Below are positions 13,575 through 26,260 of a DNA stretch of 64,000 bases, piece by piece. Below the pieces are notes generated by a model, which saw nothing but the letters and a program-made list of their open reading frames with translations, was not told the DNA's origin and made no database searches. Within the stretch, counting starts at the first letter, position 1, and the number at the start of each line of letters is the position of its first letter. A program made the position numbers and the translations under genes. The DNA is from Chiloscyllium plagiosum. Taxonomy: Eukaryota. The stretch spans positions 34,512,229-34,576,228 of the forward strand of contig NC_057720.1 in NCBI RefSeq assembly GCF_004010195.1, written 5' to 3'.

Positions 13575-13865
13575 GGAAAAAAAGGGAATTGGAAGCAAGG
13601 TCTTTTCCCCAGGGTAGGAGTGACCAAAACTTGAGGGCATAGGTTTAAAGTGAGAGAAAAGATTTAAAAGTGACCAGAAGGGCAACTTTTTAAACTGAGG
13701 GTGGTGCATATAGAACATAGAACAATACAGCGCAGAACAGGCCTTTCGGCCCTCAATGTTGCACCAACCTGTGAACTATTCTCAGCTCGTCCCCCGCTAC
13801 ACTATCCCATCATCATCCATGAGCTTATCCAAGGATTGTTTAAATCTCCCTAATGTGGCTGAGAG
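13575..13865. mobile_element. Two abutting CR1 3' fragments (+ then -)
   Basis: gagggcataggtttaaagtgag on plus; atagaacatagaac tail on minus. Confidence 0.75.
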
Positions 13866-14241
13866 TGAAGAACAAGTCCTGGATGTTATCAGGTTTTGTT
13901 GACTGACTCAAAGAACTACTGTTTGATATTAGGACAGAAGTAGTTTTGGCAAAGCCATATCTACAGTAGAATAGAGTGGTTCTTGGGACTTGTGGCTGGG
14001 ATGCACCACTTGGAGGAAGGGACACTAAATAGTGGCTGCCCATGATTATGCTTTGCAAACATCGTGGCAAAACCAGCAGTCTTTGGACAAATTATTGCTT
14101 GAACTGTGATCTTTGACAATTTTATTTTGTCTTGTCCTTTAAAATAACCTTAACCATGTGTTCAGAGAAAATATTTTGTTCAGAAAGCCAACATGAAATA
14201 TGCCATTAAGGCCCTTCCTCTGTCACATTGTTGAATTACAG

Positions 14242-14379
14242 GAGCCTGGCAGATGTTGATAAGGATGGAAAGCTCCGAGCAGAAGAGTTCATTTTAGCCA
14301 TGCACTTAATTGAAGTGGCCAAGTCTGGTCAACCGCTTCCTCTCTCACTTCCTCCAGAACTGATACCACCTTCTTTTAG
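14242..14379 (+). CDS. ITSN2: Internal coding exon of intersectin (end of EH2 domain), most like ITSN2
   Basis: Acceptor ttacag| and donor AG|gtgagt; 138 bp, phase 2-2. Translates (W)[45 protein letters not shown](R): EF-hand loop plus EEFILAMHL and PPSFR of intersectin EH2. LAD, AK and PLPLxLPPEL favour ITSN2 over ITSN1 (from memory of the vertebrate proteins; paralog call less certain than family). Confidence 0.9.
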
Positions 14380-14987
14380 GTGAGTTAATTTATTTTTTTT
14401 TTCAGCACAATGAAACCACACATACACTTTAATTTTCATTCTTATTAATTTCTATGAGATCTAACCCATTTTGGTAGGTATGAGCTGCATGATTGTTCGC
14501 AATCTCTGCATTTCGTCCAAAGGTCCGTTGTCATACGAGCCACCTTGAAAATCTAGCACAAGCTGACTGTTGGAAAAAAATCACTAAAAGACGAAGGCTT
14601 AGTTCATTTGCAGTTGGACATGGGATTGACATGACTTAAATTTTCTCTCTGAGAAATCCCTAAAAACAGTTTACAACTGGGATTTAGATTACTGAAGGGA
14701 GATGAGTGCTGAAAGCATCGAATTTATTTTCTTTGCATGAACATATGTCCTCCTTGCAGAAACATACTTTTGATGCTTAATTAATTTTTCAGCATATTAG
14801 AACTGACTGTAATTCTATCTTTTGAAACAAATAATATGCTTTGGAAGCTGACATACAATTTAATTGTCAAATTACAGATAATATAGAGGTTCAATATAAC
14901 TGTACTGGATTCAATTAATTTGATTAGGAATCTAATGCCTAACATGTTATTTTGTGAACTGTATCCTTTTTTAATATGTTCATGTAA

Positions 14988-15905
14988 TAGAACATCAAAT
15001 AATACAGACCAGAATAGGCTCTTCGGCCCTCGATGTTGCACTGACCTGTGAACTAATCTAAGCTCATCTCTCTACACTATCCCACCATCATCCATGTGCT
15101 TATCCAAGGATTGTTTAAATCTCCCTAATGTGGCTGACTTAACTACATTGACAGGCAGGGCATTCCACACCCTTAACACACTCTGAGTAAAGAACCTGCC
15201 TCTGACATCAGTCTTAAATCTAACACCCCTCAATTTGTAGTTATGCCCCCTCGTACAAGCTGATGTCATCATCCTAGGAAAAAGACTTTCGCTGTCTACC
15301 CTATCTAACCCTCTGATCATCTTATATGTCTCTTATCAAATCCCATCTTAACTTGTACACAATGCCAACTCAAATATCAAAGCGAATGCTCTGCCATCTC
15401 CTCCCTAGCTTCCCAGAGAATCCTTGGATAAATCCTATCCAGCCAAGGGGACTTGTCTACTTTCACTCTTCCTAGAATTGATAACACCTCTTCCTTACTA
15501 ACCTTGATCCTTTCTAGTCTAATATCTCTTATCTCATTCTTCTCCTCGACAATATTCTCCTTTTCTGAGTGAAAACTGATGAGAAGTATTTGTTTAACAC
15601 CTCTCCAATCTCCACAGGGGCAACACACAACTTCCCACTTCTGTCTTTGACTGGCCCTATTTCTACCCTTGTCATCCTTTTATTCCGCACATGTCTATAG
15701 AAAGCTTTCAAGTTCTCCTTTATTCTACCTGCTAAAAACTGCTCATGTCCCCTCCTTCTTAATTCTCTTTAAATCCTTCCTAGCTGATCTGTAACTCTCC
15801 ATCACCTCATCTGAATCATCTTGTCTCATCAACACATAAGCCTCCTTCTTCCACTTAACAAGAGATGTAATTTCTGTAGTAAACCACGGTTCCCTTACCC
15901 TATCA
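14988..15905 (-). mobile_element. CR1 LINE, internally deleted
   Basis: RGHNYKLRGVRFKTDVRGRFFTQ; KVDKSPWLDRIYPRILWEAREE; KAFYRHVRNKRMTR. Confidence 0.9.
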
Positions 15906-15914
15906 AGGTATTAT

Positions 15915-16320
15915 CATATATGGAACAAGTTGCCAGAAGTGTTGGTGGAAACAGGTACGGTTACAACATTGAAAACATATTTGAACAGGTACATGGGTAA
16001 AAAAGGTTGAAAGGGATACCGGCCAAACATAGCAAAAGGGGCCAACCTGATTGGCATGGATGGGTGGGTCAAAGGGCCATTGCCGTGCTGTATTACTTGA
16101 TGACCCCTCCCTTCAGTAACCATAAATGCAAGTGTGCTCACTCCCTTGAATGTTTTTAAACCAGAAGTAGATGGATTCTTGTTAAGCAAGAGGGTGAAAG
16201 GTTATTATGGATCAGCTGGAATGTGAATTTGAGATTGTAATTAGATTGGCCACAATCTTATTGAATGGCAGAGTGGTTTGAGCAACTGAACTACCTATGC
16301 TTGCTCCTTAATGACCTGTT
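15915..16320 (+). mobile_element. Two old CR1 3' ends
   Basis: WNKLPEVLVETG-like region and gattggccacaatcttattgaatgg tail. Confidence 0.7.
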
Positions 16321-17698
16321 CTATTGCAAGTCACTAAGGTATTTGTGAAAAAAAAATCCATCTAATCTACATGTAACTATTCACTTGGTGGGTGTACCAC
16401 ATTAATTTAATGTTCCTCCAGCATGAGTTACTTCTAATGTCCATGCCTAAGGCAGTAATTTCTGACTCCAATTGACTTGCCTCAGAAAATATCAAAAACA
16501 AAGTTGATCTAATTAATAAAAGTATTTGTTAAAACATCAATCAAGGTTTTAACAATAGCAGAGAGAGGCAAGTTTCACTTTTAATCAGTACAAACATCCC
16601 TCCCAAACTGCATTGTGAGTCAACCCACAACAGGTGGACTGCAATGGCTCAAGAAGGTAGCTTACCCTCACCTTCTCAAGGACAATAAATGCTGGACAGC
16701 CAGCAACGAATGAATAAAAAAAACCCATTAAACTATTGTCTCTGATATGGCATTCTAGTACAGGTTAGTAGTTGAGCCTTTTTTCTCATGTGAGGAGATA
16801 GTATGTGACTGATGAAGTCAGTGTTACATCATCTTCGGCATCATTTTGTTATTAACAATTGCATTTCCATTGTAGACCATGTAACAGACAAATTAGCATA
16901 ATGGGTATAAAGTGATAAGTATGAGTATTGGTAAACATGAATTGGCACTAAGTTGGTGTAGGGGTTATAAAGCTCTATACAGTGTGTGGAGAGGCAGAGG
17001 TTGGCAAGATTTATATGAAGGGCCATGAGTGTTGGATGCCAATCAGACCTTGGTATGCAGGGTATGAGAGCTGGTGAGGATCACCACTTGACAAGGAAGC
17101 AAGAGGGCTGTAGTGGTTGAGGGTGTCTCCTCCTTTATTCTTTATTTTTATATACCTTGGCATGGAGGGGAGTGACATGAGGAGTGATGGTGGTGGATAG
17201 GGAACCACACCTTATGTTGAAGGGACTGAAAAGTTACGTATTTGGGTAGAGAGTATGATGTGGTAGAGGTTGGCATGCATGGAGCATAGAGCGTATGTGA
17301 GTATTGAGAGTGGTTTGTGGAATGTTTCATTCTTTATTTTTAAATTTCCAGCACCATTCTGGATCTCTGAGACAGGCCTTTCACTATATCAACTCTGCAC
17401 CTAGAAATCACTTCAGTATTTCAGTGGTTGCATACCCTGACTTTGAATGCAGCCCACGTAGTACCTGCTTCTCTGTTCCCCTAAAAGTCTGCTGTTTCGC
17501 AGCGCCTGATGGGGGTACAAAAATTTAGGCCTAAGGGTTAAAGATAGCTGCTCTTACTGGTGGATGGTGCAAAGTGGCATATAATAACTTTTGGGGCTAG
17601 AAGCTCTTGTCTTCCCCATATACATAAATAGTCTATAAAACTTGAGTTTTGTTAACTTTTTTTAATCTTATATACCAGAAAATAGAACACTAACTTTT

Positions 17699-17889
17699 GT
17701 GGGAAAAAGTGAAGACTGCAGATGATGGGGATTAGAGTCGAGAATGTGATGCTGGAAAAGCATGGCTGGTCAGGCAGCATTCGAGGAGCAGGAGAATCCA
17801 CGTTTCAGGTGATGAAGGGCTTACGCCCAAAATGTTGACTTTCTTGCTCTTCAGATGCTGCCTGACCTGCTGCACTTTCCATGCTCTCG
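17699..17889. mobile_element. Palindromic PLE terminal-repeat insert
   Basis: Inverted arms around GTGATGAagggcttacgcccAAAATGTT; TSD ACACTAACTTTT. Confidence 0.8.
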
Positions 17890-18607
17890 ACACTAACTTT
17901 TATATCCACGCTGGAGGAAAAACATTTCATTTTTTGCTTGGGGACTTTATAGCCTTCAGGACTGACATATTTGCTGCTATTAATGCCTCTCATTATTATC
18001 TACTCTTCACCCACATCTCTCCTCCACTACTATTAGTACTCTCCTTGCCTTCTGCCTTTTGCTCTCGGCATCCATATCATCTGTTTCAGTTGCTCCTTCT
18101 TCCGGCCTTTTTCAGGACCAGAAACTAAACCAGCAGTTTCTCTTCATCCTGAGACCTTCTTCAAGTCATTTTCAAAGCATTCTCTTTAAGCTGCTGCATG
18201 GGCCATTTCTCTTGCTCTTTAGGAGCAGGACAGCAGTCAAGTAGCCCACTCATGATTCTAAGCACTCCAATCCATTTTGCCAAGTTTTGTGCGAGCACCA
18301 CAATTTCCATGTCAATCAACTGATCCAATGTTATGATCCACAGTTACCTCTTTGAACAAAGGAAGAATATTGGTGAGATCCATGTTTGAGCTGGAATGTA
18401 CATAATCATAAGCTTTTAAAGGACAGTTGTTGTGTTGTTTAACCAAATGATAATAAAAGGATCCCAAGAAATCTTGTTGATAGGGAATGCTAAGAAATCA
18501 AAGTATATTCTAGAAAGCTGAGGCATATGTTGGTTTCGTCCCAGCGGAAATAAATGGATCCTCAAGATCCTGTTGATATGTAGGGGAAAGCTAGGGAATT
18601 TAGCCCA

Positions 18608-21600
18608 GTGAGCCTGGCATTGTTGTTGGAGAAAATCCTGATGGACAGGATTTACATATACTTGGAGAGGCAAGAACTGATTAGGGATAGTCAGCCTGGC
18701 TTTGTGTGTGGGAAATCATGTCTCACTAACTTCATTGAGGTTTTTAAAGAAGAAATAAAGAAAATTGATGAGGGCAGAGTGATGGACATAATTTATATGG
18801 ACTTCAGAAAGGCATTCAATAAGGTTTCTCATGGTAGACTGATTAGCAAGGTTAGAACACATGGAATACAAGGGAGAATTAGCCATTTGGATACAGAATT
18901 GGCTCGAAGGTAAAAGACAGTGTGGTGGTGGGGAGTTCCTTTTCAAACTGGAGGCCTGTGACCAGTGGTGTACCACAAGAATTGATGCTGGGTCTACTGC
19001 TTTTTGTCATTTATATAAATGATTTGAATGTGAACATAGGTGGTATGGTTAGTATGTTTGCAGATGATGCCAAAATTGGAGGTGCAGTGGACGGCAAAGA
19101 AGGTTACCTCAGAGTACAATGGGATCTTGATCAGATGGGCCAATGGGCTGAGGAGTGGCAGATGGAGGTTTATTGTAGATAAATGTGAGGAGTTGTATTT
19201 TGGAAAGGCAAATCAGGGCAGGACTTATACGCTCATACAGCAGGAGCCCCAGATAGATAGGATAGTGAAGAAAGCTTGCCTGTATTGGTCAATGCATTGA
19301 GTGTCAGAGTTGGGAGGTCATGTTGCAGCTGTACGAGGACATTGGTTAGGCCACTTTTGGAATACTGTGTGCAGTTCTGGTCTCTCTACTCTAGGAAGGT
19401 TGTTGCCAGGGTTGGAAGATTTGAGCTTTAGGGAGAGGCAGAATATTTTCCCTGGAGCGTCAGACACTGTGGGGTGATCTTAGAGAAATTTACAAAATCA
19501 TAGATTGGGTGAATAGCCAAGGTCTTTCAATAGACAATAGACAATAGGTGCAGGAGTAGGCCATTCAGCCCTTCGAGCCTGCACCGCAATCATGGCTGAT
19601 CATTCCTAATCAGTATCCTGTTCCTGCCTTATCTCCATAACCTTTGATTTCATTATCTTTGAGAGCTCTATCCAACTCTTTCTTAAATGAATCCAGAGAG
19701 TGGGCCTCCACTGCCCTCTGGGCCAGAGCATTCCACACAGCCACCACTCTCTGGGTGAAGAAGTTTCTCCTGAGCTCTGTCCTAAGTGGTCTATCCGGTA
19801 TTTTTAAGCTGTGTCCTCTGGTTCAGCACTCACCCATCAGTGGAAATATGTTTCCTACTGCCAGAGTGTCCAATCCTTTCATAATCTTACATGTCTCAAT
19901 CAGATCCCCTCTCAATCTTCGAAACTCAAGGGTATAAAAGCCCAGTCGCTTCAGTCTTTCAGTGTAAGGTAATACTGCCATTCCAGGAATTGACCTCGTG
20001 AACCTACGCTGCACTCCCTCAATAGCCAGAATGTCTTTTCTCAAATTTGGAGACCAGAACTGCACACAATACTCCAGGTGTGGTCTCACCAGGGCCATGT
20101 ACAGCTGCAGAAGCACGTCTTTGCTTCTATACTCAATTCCTCTTGTTATGAAGGCCAGCATGCTATTAGACTTCTTCACTACCTGCNNNNNNNNNNNNNN
20201 NNNNNNNNNNNNNNNNNNNNNNNNNNNNNNNNNNNNNNNNNNNNNNNNNNNNNNNNNNNNNNNNNNNNNNNNNNNNNNNNNNNNNNNNNNNNNNNNNNNN
20301 NNNNNNNNNNNNNNNNNNNNNNNNNNNNNNNNNNNNNNNNNNNNNNNNNNNNNNNNNNNNNNNNNNNNNNNNNNNNNNNNNNNNNNNNNNNNNNNNNNNN
20401 NNNNNNNNNNNNNNNNNNNNNNNNNNNNNNNNNNNNNNNNNNNNNCCTGCCGCCCAGCTTTGTATCATCAGCAAATTTGCTAATGTTATTGCTGATACCA
20501 TCTTCTATATCATTAACATATATTGTAAAAAGCTGTGGTCCCAGCATGGATCCCTGCGGTACCCCACTGGTCACTGCCTGCCATTCTGAAATGGAGCTGT
20601 TTATCACTACCCTTTGTTTCCTATTAGCCAACCAATTTTCACTCCAATCTAGTACTTTGCCCCCAATACCATGCGCCCTAATTTTATTCACTAACCTCCT
20701 GTGTGGGACTTTTTCAAAAGCTTTCTGAAAGTCCAGGTAGACTACATCTACTGGATTTCCCTCGTCCAACTTCCTAGTTACATCCTCAAAAAATTCAAGA
20801 AGATTAGTCAAGCATGGTTTCCCCTTCATAAATCCATGCTGACTCTGTCCTATCCTGTTACTACTATCCAGATGTGCAGTATCCTTTATAATAGACTCCA
20901 GCATCTTTCCCACCACTGAGGTCAGATTAACTGGTCTATAATTTCCTGCTTTCTTAAAAAGTGGTACAACATTAGGCGCCCTCCAATCCTCAGGAACAGA
21001 CTCCGAATCTATTGAACTCTGGAAAATAATCACCAACGCATCCACGATTTCCCGAGCCACCTCCTTCAGTACCCTGGGATGTAGACCATCAGGCCCCGGA
21101 GACTTATCAACCTTCAGACCTAACAGTCTCTCCAACACCAAATCCTGGCAAATATAAATTCCCTTCAGTTCAGGTCCTTCAGCCACTGTTACCTCAGGGA
21201 GATTGCTTGTGTCTTCCCCAGTGAACACAGATCTGAAGTACCCATTTAATTCCTCTGCCATTTCTTTGTTCCTAGTCGTATATTCCCCTGTTTCTGTCCT
21301 CAAGGGCCCAATTTTTGTCCTAACCATTTTTATGCCTTGCACATACCTAAAAAAGCTTTTACTATCCTCCTAATATTTTTGGCCAGTTTACCTTCGTACC
21401 TCATTTTTCCTCTGCGTATTTCCTTCTTAGTAATCCTCTGTTGCTCTTTAAAAGCTTCCCAGCCCTCAGTTTTCCCACTTATCATAGCTATGTTATACTT
21501 TTTCTCTTTTAACTTTATATGTTTCTTTACTTCCCTCGTCAGCCACAGCCGCCCATGCCTCCTCCTGGGATCTTTCTTCCTTTTAGGAATGAACTGATCC

Positions 21601-23310
21601 TGCAACTTCTGCATTATATACAGAAATATCCACCATTGTTCCTCCACGGTCATCCCTTGCACCATTGAACTTTGGCCAGTTCCTCCCTCATAGCTCCATA
21701 GTTCCCTTTATTCAATAGAAGTACTGTCACGTCCGACTGTACCCTCTCCCTCTCAAATTGCAGATTGAAGCTTATTGTATTATGGTCACTACTTCCCAAT
21801 GGCTCCTTCACTTCGAGGTTTCTGACCAATTCTGGTTTGTTACTCAATACCAGATCCAGAATTGCCTTCTCCCTGGTCGGCTCCAGCACCAGCTGCTCTA
21901 AGAATCCATCTCTGAGGCACTCCACAAAGTCTCTTTCTTGAGGCCCAATACCATCCTGATTCTCCCAGTCTACCTGCATGTTAAAATCCCCCATAACAAC
22001 TGTAGTGACATCTTTGCGACAGGCCAATTTCAGCTCCTGATTTAAATTACATCCGACATCTAGACTACTGTTTGGGGGCCTGTAGATGACTCCCAAGAGG
22101 GTCTTTTTACCCTTAGTATTTCGAAGCTCTAGCCACACTGACTCTACATCCCTGACTCTAGGTCCCCCCGCGCAAGGGACTGAATATCGTCCCTTACCAA
22201 CAAGGCCACCCCACCCCCTCTGCCCGTCAGTCCGTCCTTACGATAGCACGTGTATCCTTGAATCCTTTCCCAGGCCCTGTCCACTTGAAGCCACGTCTCA
22301 GTTATCCCCACAATATCGTATCTGCCAATTTCCAAAAGAGCCTCAAGCTCATCCATCTTATGTCGAATGCTTCGTGCATTCATGTGTAGTATTTTTAATT
22401 TGTTACTGCTCTCACCGTTCCCATCAACCCTTATTTCACTCAACCTTACAGCATGATGCCTTTCCGAGTTTTCTGCCTCATTGATACAGTTGTCTTTCTT
22501 GACTTCTCTTGTTCTAACTTTCCCTTTAATTTCCTTTTTAAACATCCAGCTTGTCCCCTCCCCCCCGCTACTTAGTTTAAATGTAGCGGTGTTGCAGTAG
22601 AAAACCTGCCTGCCAGAATGCTGGTCCCTAACCTATTAAAGTGCAAGCCATCTCTCTTGTAGAATTTATGCTTACCACAAAATATACCCCAGTGATCCAA
22701 GAACATAAATCCTTGCTTCCTGCACCAGTTCCCCAACCACACGTTCAAGTCCATTATCTCCCTGTTTCTGGCCACACTAGCCCGAGGAACTGGAAGCAAA
22801 CCGGAGATAACCACCTTGGACGTCCTGCTTTTCAGCCTCCTTCCTAGTTCTCCGAAGTCTCGCTGTAGTTTGTTCCTCCTCTTCTTCCCGACATCATTTG
22901 TGCCGACATGTACCACCAACTCTAGCTCTTCACCCTCATCCTTGAGGATTTCCTGCACTCTGTCCGCGATGTCTTTCACTCTAGCACCAGGAAGGCAACG
23001 CACCATCCTTAAATCCCGTCTGCCACAAAAACCCCGGTGGGGGAGTCCAAAACTAGGGGGCATAGGTTTAAAGTGAGGGGGCAACTTTTTCACGCAGAGT
23101 GTTATGCATGTCCAGAATGAACTGCCAGAGAAAGTGGTGAAGGCTGGTTACAACATTTAAAAGACATCTGGATGGGTACATGAATAGAAACGTCTTCGAG
23201 GGATATGGGCCAAATGTTGGCAAATGGGACTAGATTTATTTAGAATATCTGGTTGGCATGGATGAGTTGGACCAAAGGGTCAGTTTCCATGCTGTACAGT
23301 TCTATCACTT
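18608..23310 (+). mobile_element. CR1 RT/3' end (host; 18608-19527 and 23033-23310) split by a younger CR1
   Basis: GKSCLTNFIE, YMDFRKAFNKVSHGRL, SGVPQ, MFADDAK; the sequence resumes in register after the insert. Confidence 0.9.
19528..23031 (-). mobile_element. Near-full CR1 LINE: ORF1 SGNH esterase (5' truncated), ORF2 APE endonuclease and RT, (CTATTGT)n tail; frameshifted
   Basis: ORF1 CLPGARVKD..VVHVGTND..DGLHFN; APE NARSI, GITETWL, MGDFN, SDHN; RT GVPQGSMLGP, FADD; N gap inside RT. Confidence 0.95.
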
Positions 23311-24080
23311 ACAACTGTAAGCTTGGGTAAAAATAAGGGAAGAAAAGGATTAAAGTATTTTTATTGAAATTTTCAACTCTATTACTTAAGTATTTATAAG
23401 TAACAGTGTTAAGTTGATAGTGCTTTCTTTTTTAACTCTTGTACAATTAAATTGTTTGTTTAAATCATGGAATATTGTGACATAGTTCTTTCAGTTAATA
23501 ACTTAGAATTCTAATTTCTCCTTAAACAGCATTGGTCTCGATGGAGACCATAAGGTTTTTTTTTATTTGTGGTGGTTATTTTTTTCTGCTACTGATTGCT
23601 GCTACTTGATTTATTCTGTGAACTCAAGAATAAGCTCTCTTCACAGGAAGAGATGGTACAACATGTAGTAGGTCAACAATCTTTTTAATATCTTGCTAAC
23701 TTTGTTTCTCAACTGGCAATTCTGCAGCAAGTAGCCTACCTCCTGACTCACCAGTGCCTGTCTCTGATCTACAAGGCACAAGTCAGGAGTACGATGGAAG
23801 TCTCCCCATTTACTTACTCTGCAAAACGCTCAAGAAACTTACCACTATCAAGGTCTAAGCATCTTGCTTGTTAGACACTCCATCAACCAGTTTCAACATT
23901 CACTTTTTTCATTATGGACATAGAAGCAGCAGTGTGCAACATACACAATATGCATTGAAGGAACTCTCCAAACCTCCTTAGATAGCAGCTTCCAAACCCA
24001 AGAAGTCCACAACTTGGAGTGTAAGGGCAGTGGATGTATGCGAGCACCACTGCCTGCAAGTTATCCCTAATTCATGGAAT

Positions 24081-24623
24081 CATAGACTCCTTACAATGTG
24101 GAAACAACAAGTCCACACTGACCCTCCGAATAGTAACCCACCCAGACCCATTCCCCTACATTTAACCCCTGACTAATGCAGTCAACCTACACATCCATGA
24201 ACACTGTGGACAATTTAGCATGGTCAATTCACCTAGCCTGAACATCTTTGGACTGTGGGAGGAAGCTGGAGCACCCAGACAAAACTCACACAGACATGGG
24301 AAGAATGTGCAAATTCCACATAGACCTGAGTCCCTGGTGCTGTAAGGCAGCAGTGCTAACCACTGAGCCACTGTGCTAACCTCAACAAATCCTTTACCAG
24401 CTTCTGAAAAAGAATTTCCATAACCTTTGAAAATCACAAATGTACCCAAATCAGGAAGTCCTGCACAGATGATGGTGAAAATGCATGCCAATAAATTAGC
24501 TAAATGCAACTCAGTTTTGTTTGCCCTTTTTCATAAGTCACTGAAAGGTAGAATGCAATTGCCACAAGCAATTAGAAAGGCAAATATTCTTTTTAAATGC
24601 TAACCACTGAGTCACCATACTGC
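24081..24623 (-). mobile_element. HE1-type SINE whose head contains a captured copy of 10140-10370
   Basis: SINE body 24081-24377; a second head remnant tgctaaccactgagtcaccatactgc at 24598-24623. Confidence 0.85.
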
Positions 24624-24704
24624 TGTAAATTACACAATCCTGACTTGGTATTATTCACTGTTGCTGGGTCAAAATCTTGGAGCTTATTTTCATACAACAC
24701 TGAA

Positions 24705-25007
24705 ATTATTAGATTCCCTACAGTGTGGAAACAGGCCCTTCGGCCTATCAAGTCCACACTGACCCTCCGAAGAGCAACCCACCCAGACCCATTCCCCTAC
24801 ACCTAACACTACGGGCAATTTAGCATGGCCAATTTACCTAGTCTGCACATCTTTGGACTGTGGGAGGAAACTGGAGCACCCAGAGGAGACCCACGCAGAC
24901 ACGGGGAGAATGTGCAAACTCCACACAGAGAGTTGCCCGAGGCAGTAATTGAAACTGGGTCTCTGGTGCTGTGAGGCAGCAGAGCTAATCACTGAGCCAC
25001 TGTGCTG
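24705..25007 (-). mobile_element. HE1-type SINE
   Basis: Complete reverse-complement SINE. Confidence 0.92.
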
Positions 25008-25463
25008 TGTTCCTGCACTGCTAGGACTGGAGTAGTTAAAGAAGGCAGCACTTTCAATACCTTCTCCAGAGCAATTAGGAATAGAAAATAAATGATGGCC
25101 TAGCCAAGTCAGCCCCCACATCCCATTAACAAATTAAAATGAAGGCAGGCTTAAATCTGAAGTGTTAAAATCAATTAGTTCAACTGAGTGATTCTTTCTC
25201 CCTGCTTTTAGCATGGGTGGGATCATACCATGGATATGACAGAGGAGATTTTGTAGCCGTGGGTCACATTGCTGCCTGTCAGCTAGAAGCTCCAGTACAA
25301 GATCTACTCTAGGATTTGATGACCCAGGAAGCTGATCTTATAACACAACCTGAAAATTCCAACAATGGGAGTTGATTGGAATGGGAGAGATTCCTGATCA
25401 ATCATGTGATGGAAAGAATATTGGAGCCTCTATTGGCACTATCCATAGTGCCAGACCACAAAG

Positions 25464-25870
25464 CTGAAAATATGTTGCTGGAAAAGCGCAGCAGGTCAGG
25501 CAGCATCCAAGGAGCAGGAGAATCGACGTTTTGGGCATGAGCCCTTCTTCAGGAATGGTAGAGGGAGGAAGAGAGCTTCTTCAAGGAAGGAATCCTTGCA
25601 AGAGGATTCGCAGGTGGTTAAAATCTTCGAGGAGAAAGTGAGGACAGCAGATGCTGGAGATCAGAGCTGAAAATGTGTTGCTGGAAAAGCGCAGCAGGTC
25701 AGGCAGCATCCAAGGAGCAGGAGAATCGACGTTTCGGGCATGAGCCCTTCTCCAGGCTCATGCCCGAAACGTCGATTCTCCTGCTCCTTGGATGCTGCCT
25801 GACCTGCTGCGCTTTTCCAGCAACACATTTTCAGCTCTGATCTCCAGCATCTGCAGTCCTCACTTTCTCC
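25464..25870. mobile_element. PLE insert: tandem terminal repeats plus inverted arm
   Basis: Near-perfect inverted repeat 25631-25747 vs 25755-25870; TSD TGCCAGAC(C/T)ACAAAG. Confidence 0.9.
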
Positions 25871-26049
25871 TGCCAGACTACAAAGTCAAGATCCATATTG
25901 CTACAGCAACTCTTGACTGATCTGCAATATATATGTAAATGGAAATGAGATTAATGTCAGTTTACAAAGATTTGATTTCTAAATATGCATAAGTGATTTT
26001 GATCAAAAGTGGAATATTGGATAAGACAACCAGGTAACCATCACAAACA

Positions 26050-26260
26050 GAACCACAGAATTGTTATGGTGCCAAAGGAGGCCATTTGGCTCATTGTGCC
26101 TGCACTGGCTTTTTAAATGAGCATTATCACCGAGTCTTAATCTCCTGCTTTTTCCCCCATTCCCTTGCACACTTTTTCTATCCAAATAATAATCTGATAC
26201 CTTCTTGAATAACTCAGTCGAACTTGCTTCCATCACATATCCAGGCAGTGCAGTCTGTAC
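26050..26260 (-). mobile_element. Old CR1 3' end
   Basis: ELFKKVSDYYL-like tail and ggccatttggctcat stem region. Confidence 0.6.

Noticed and set aside
17940..18350. Purine-rich minus-strand stretch that might be a gag or coding relic
   Set aside because: No recognisable motif; interrupted by stops.
19998..20728. Long ORFs containing X runs (also 34715-35566)
   Set aside because: Artefacts of N gaps and antisense CR1 frames.
25464..25870. Possible CRISPR array or DNA-transposon MITE
   Set aside because: No repeat-spacer periodicity; arms are asymmetric, TSDs are long and variable, and the unit is linked to PLE RT.
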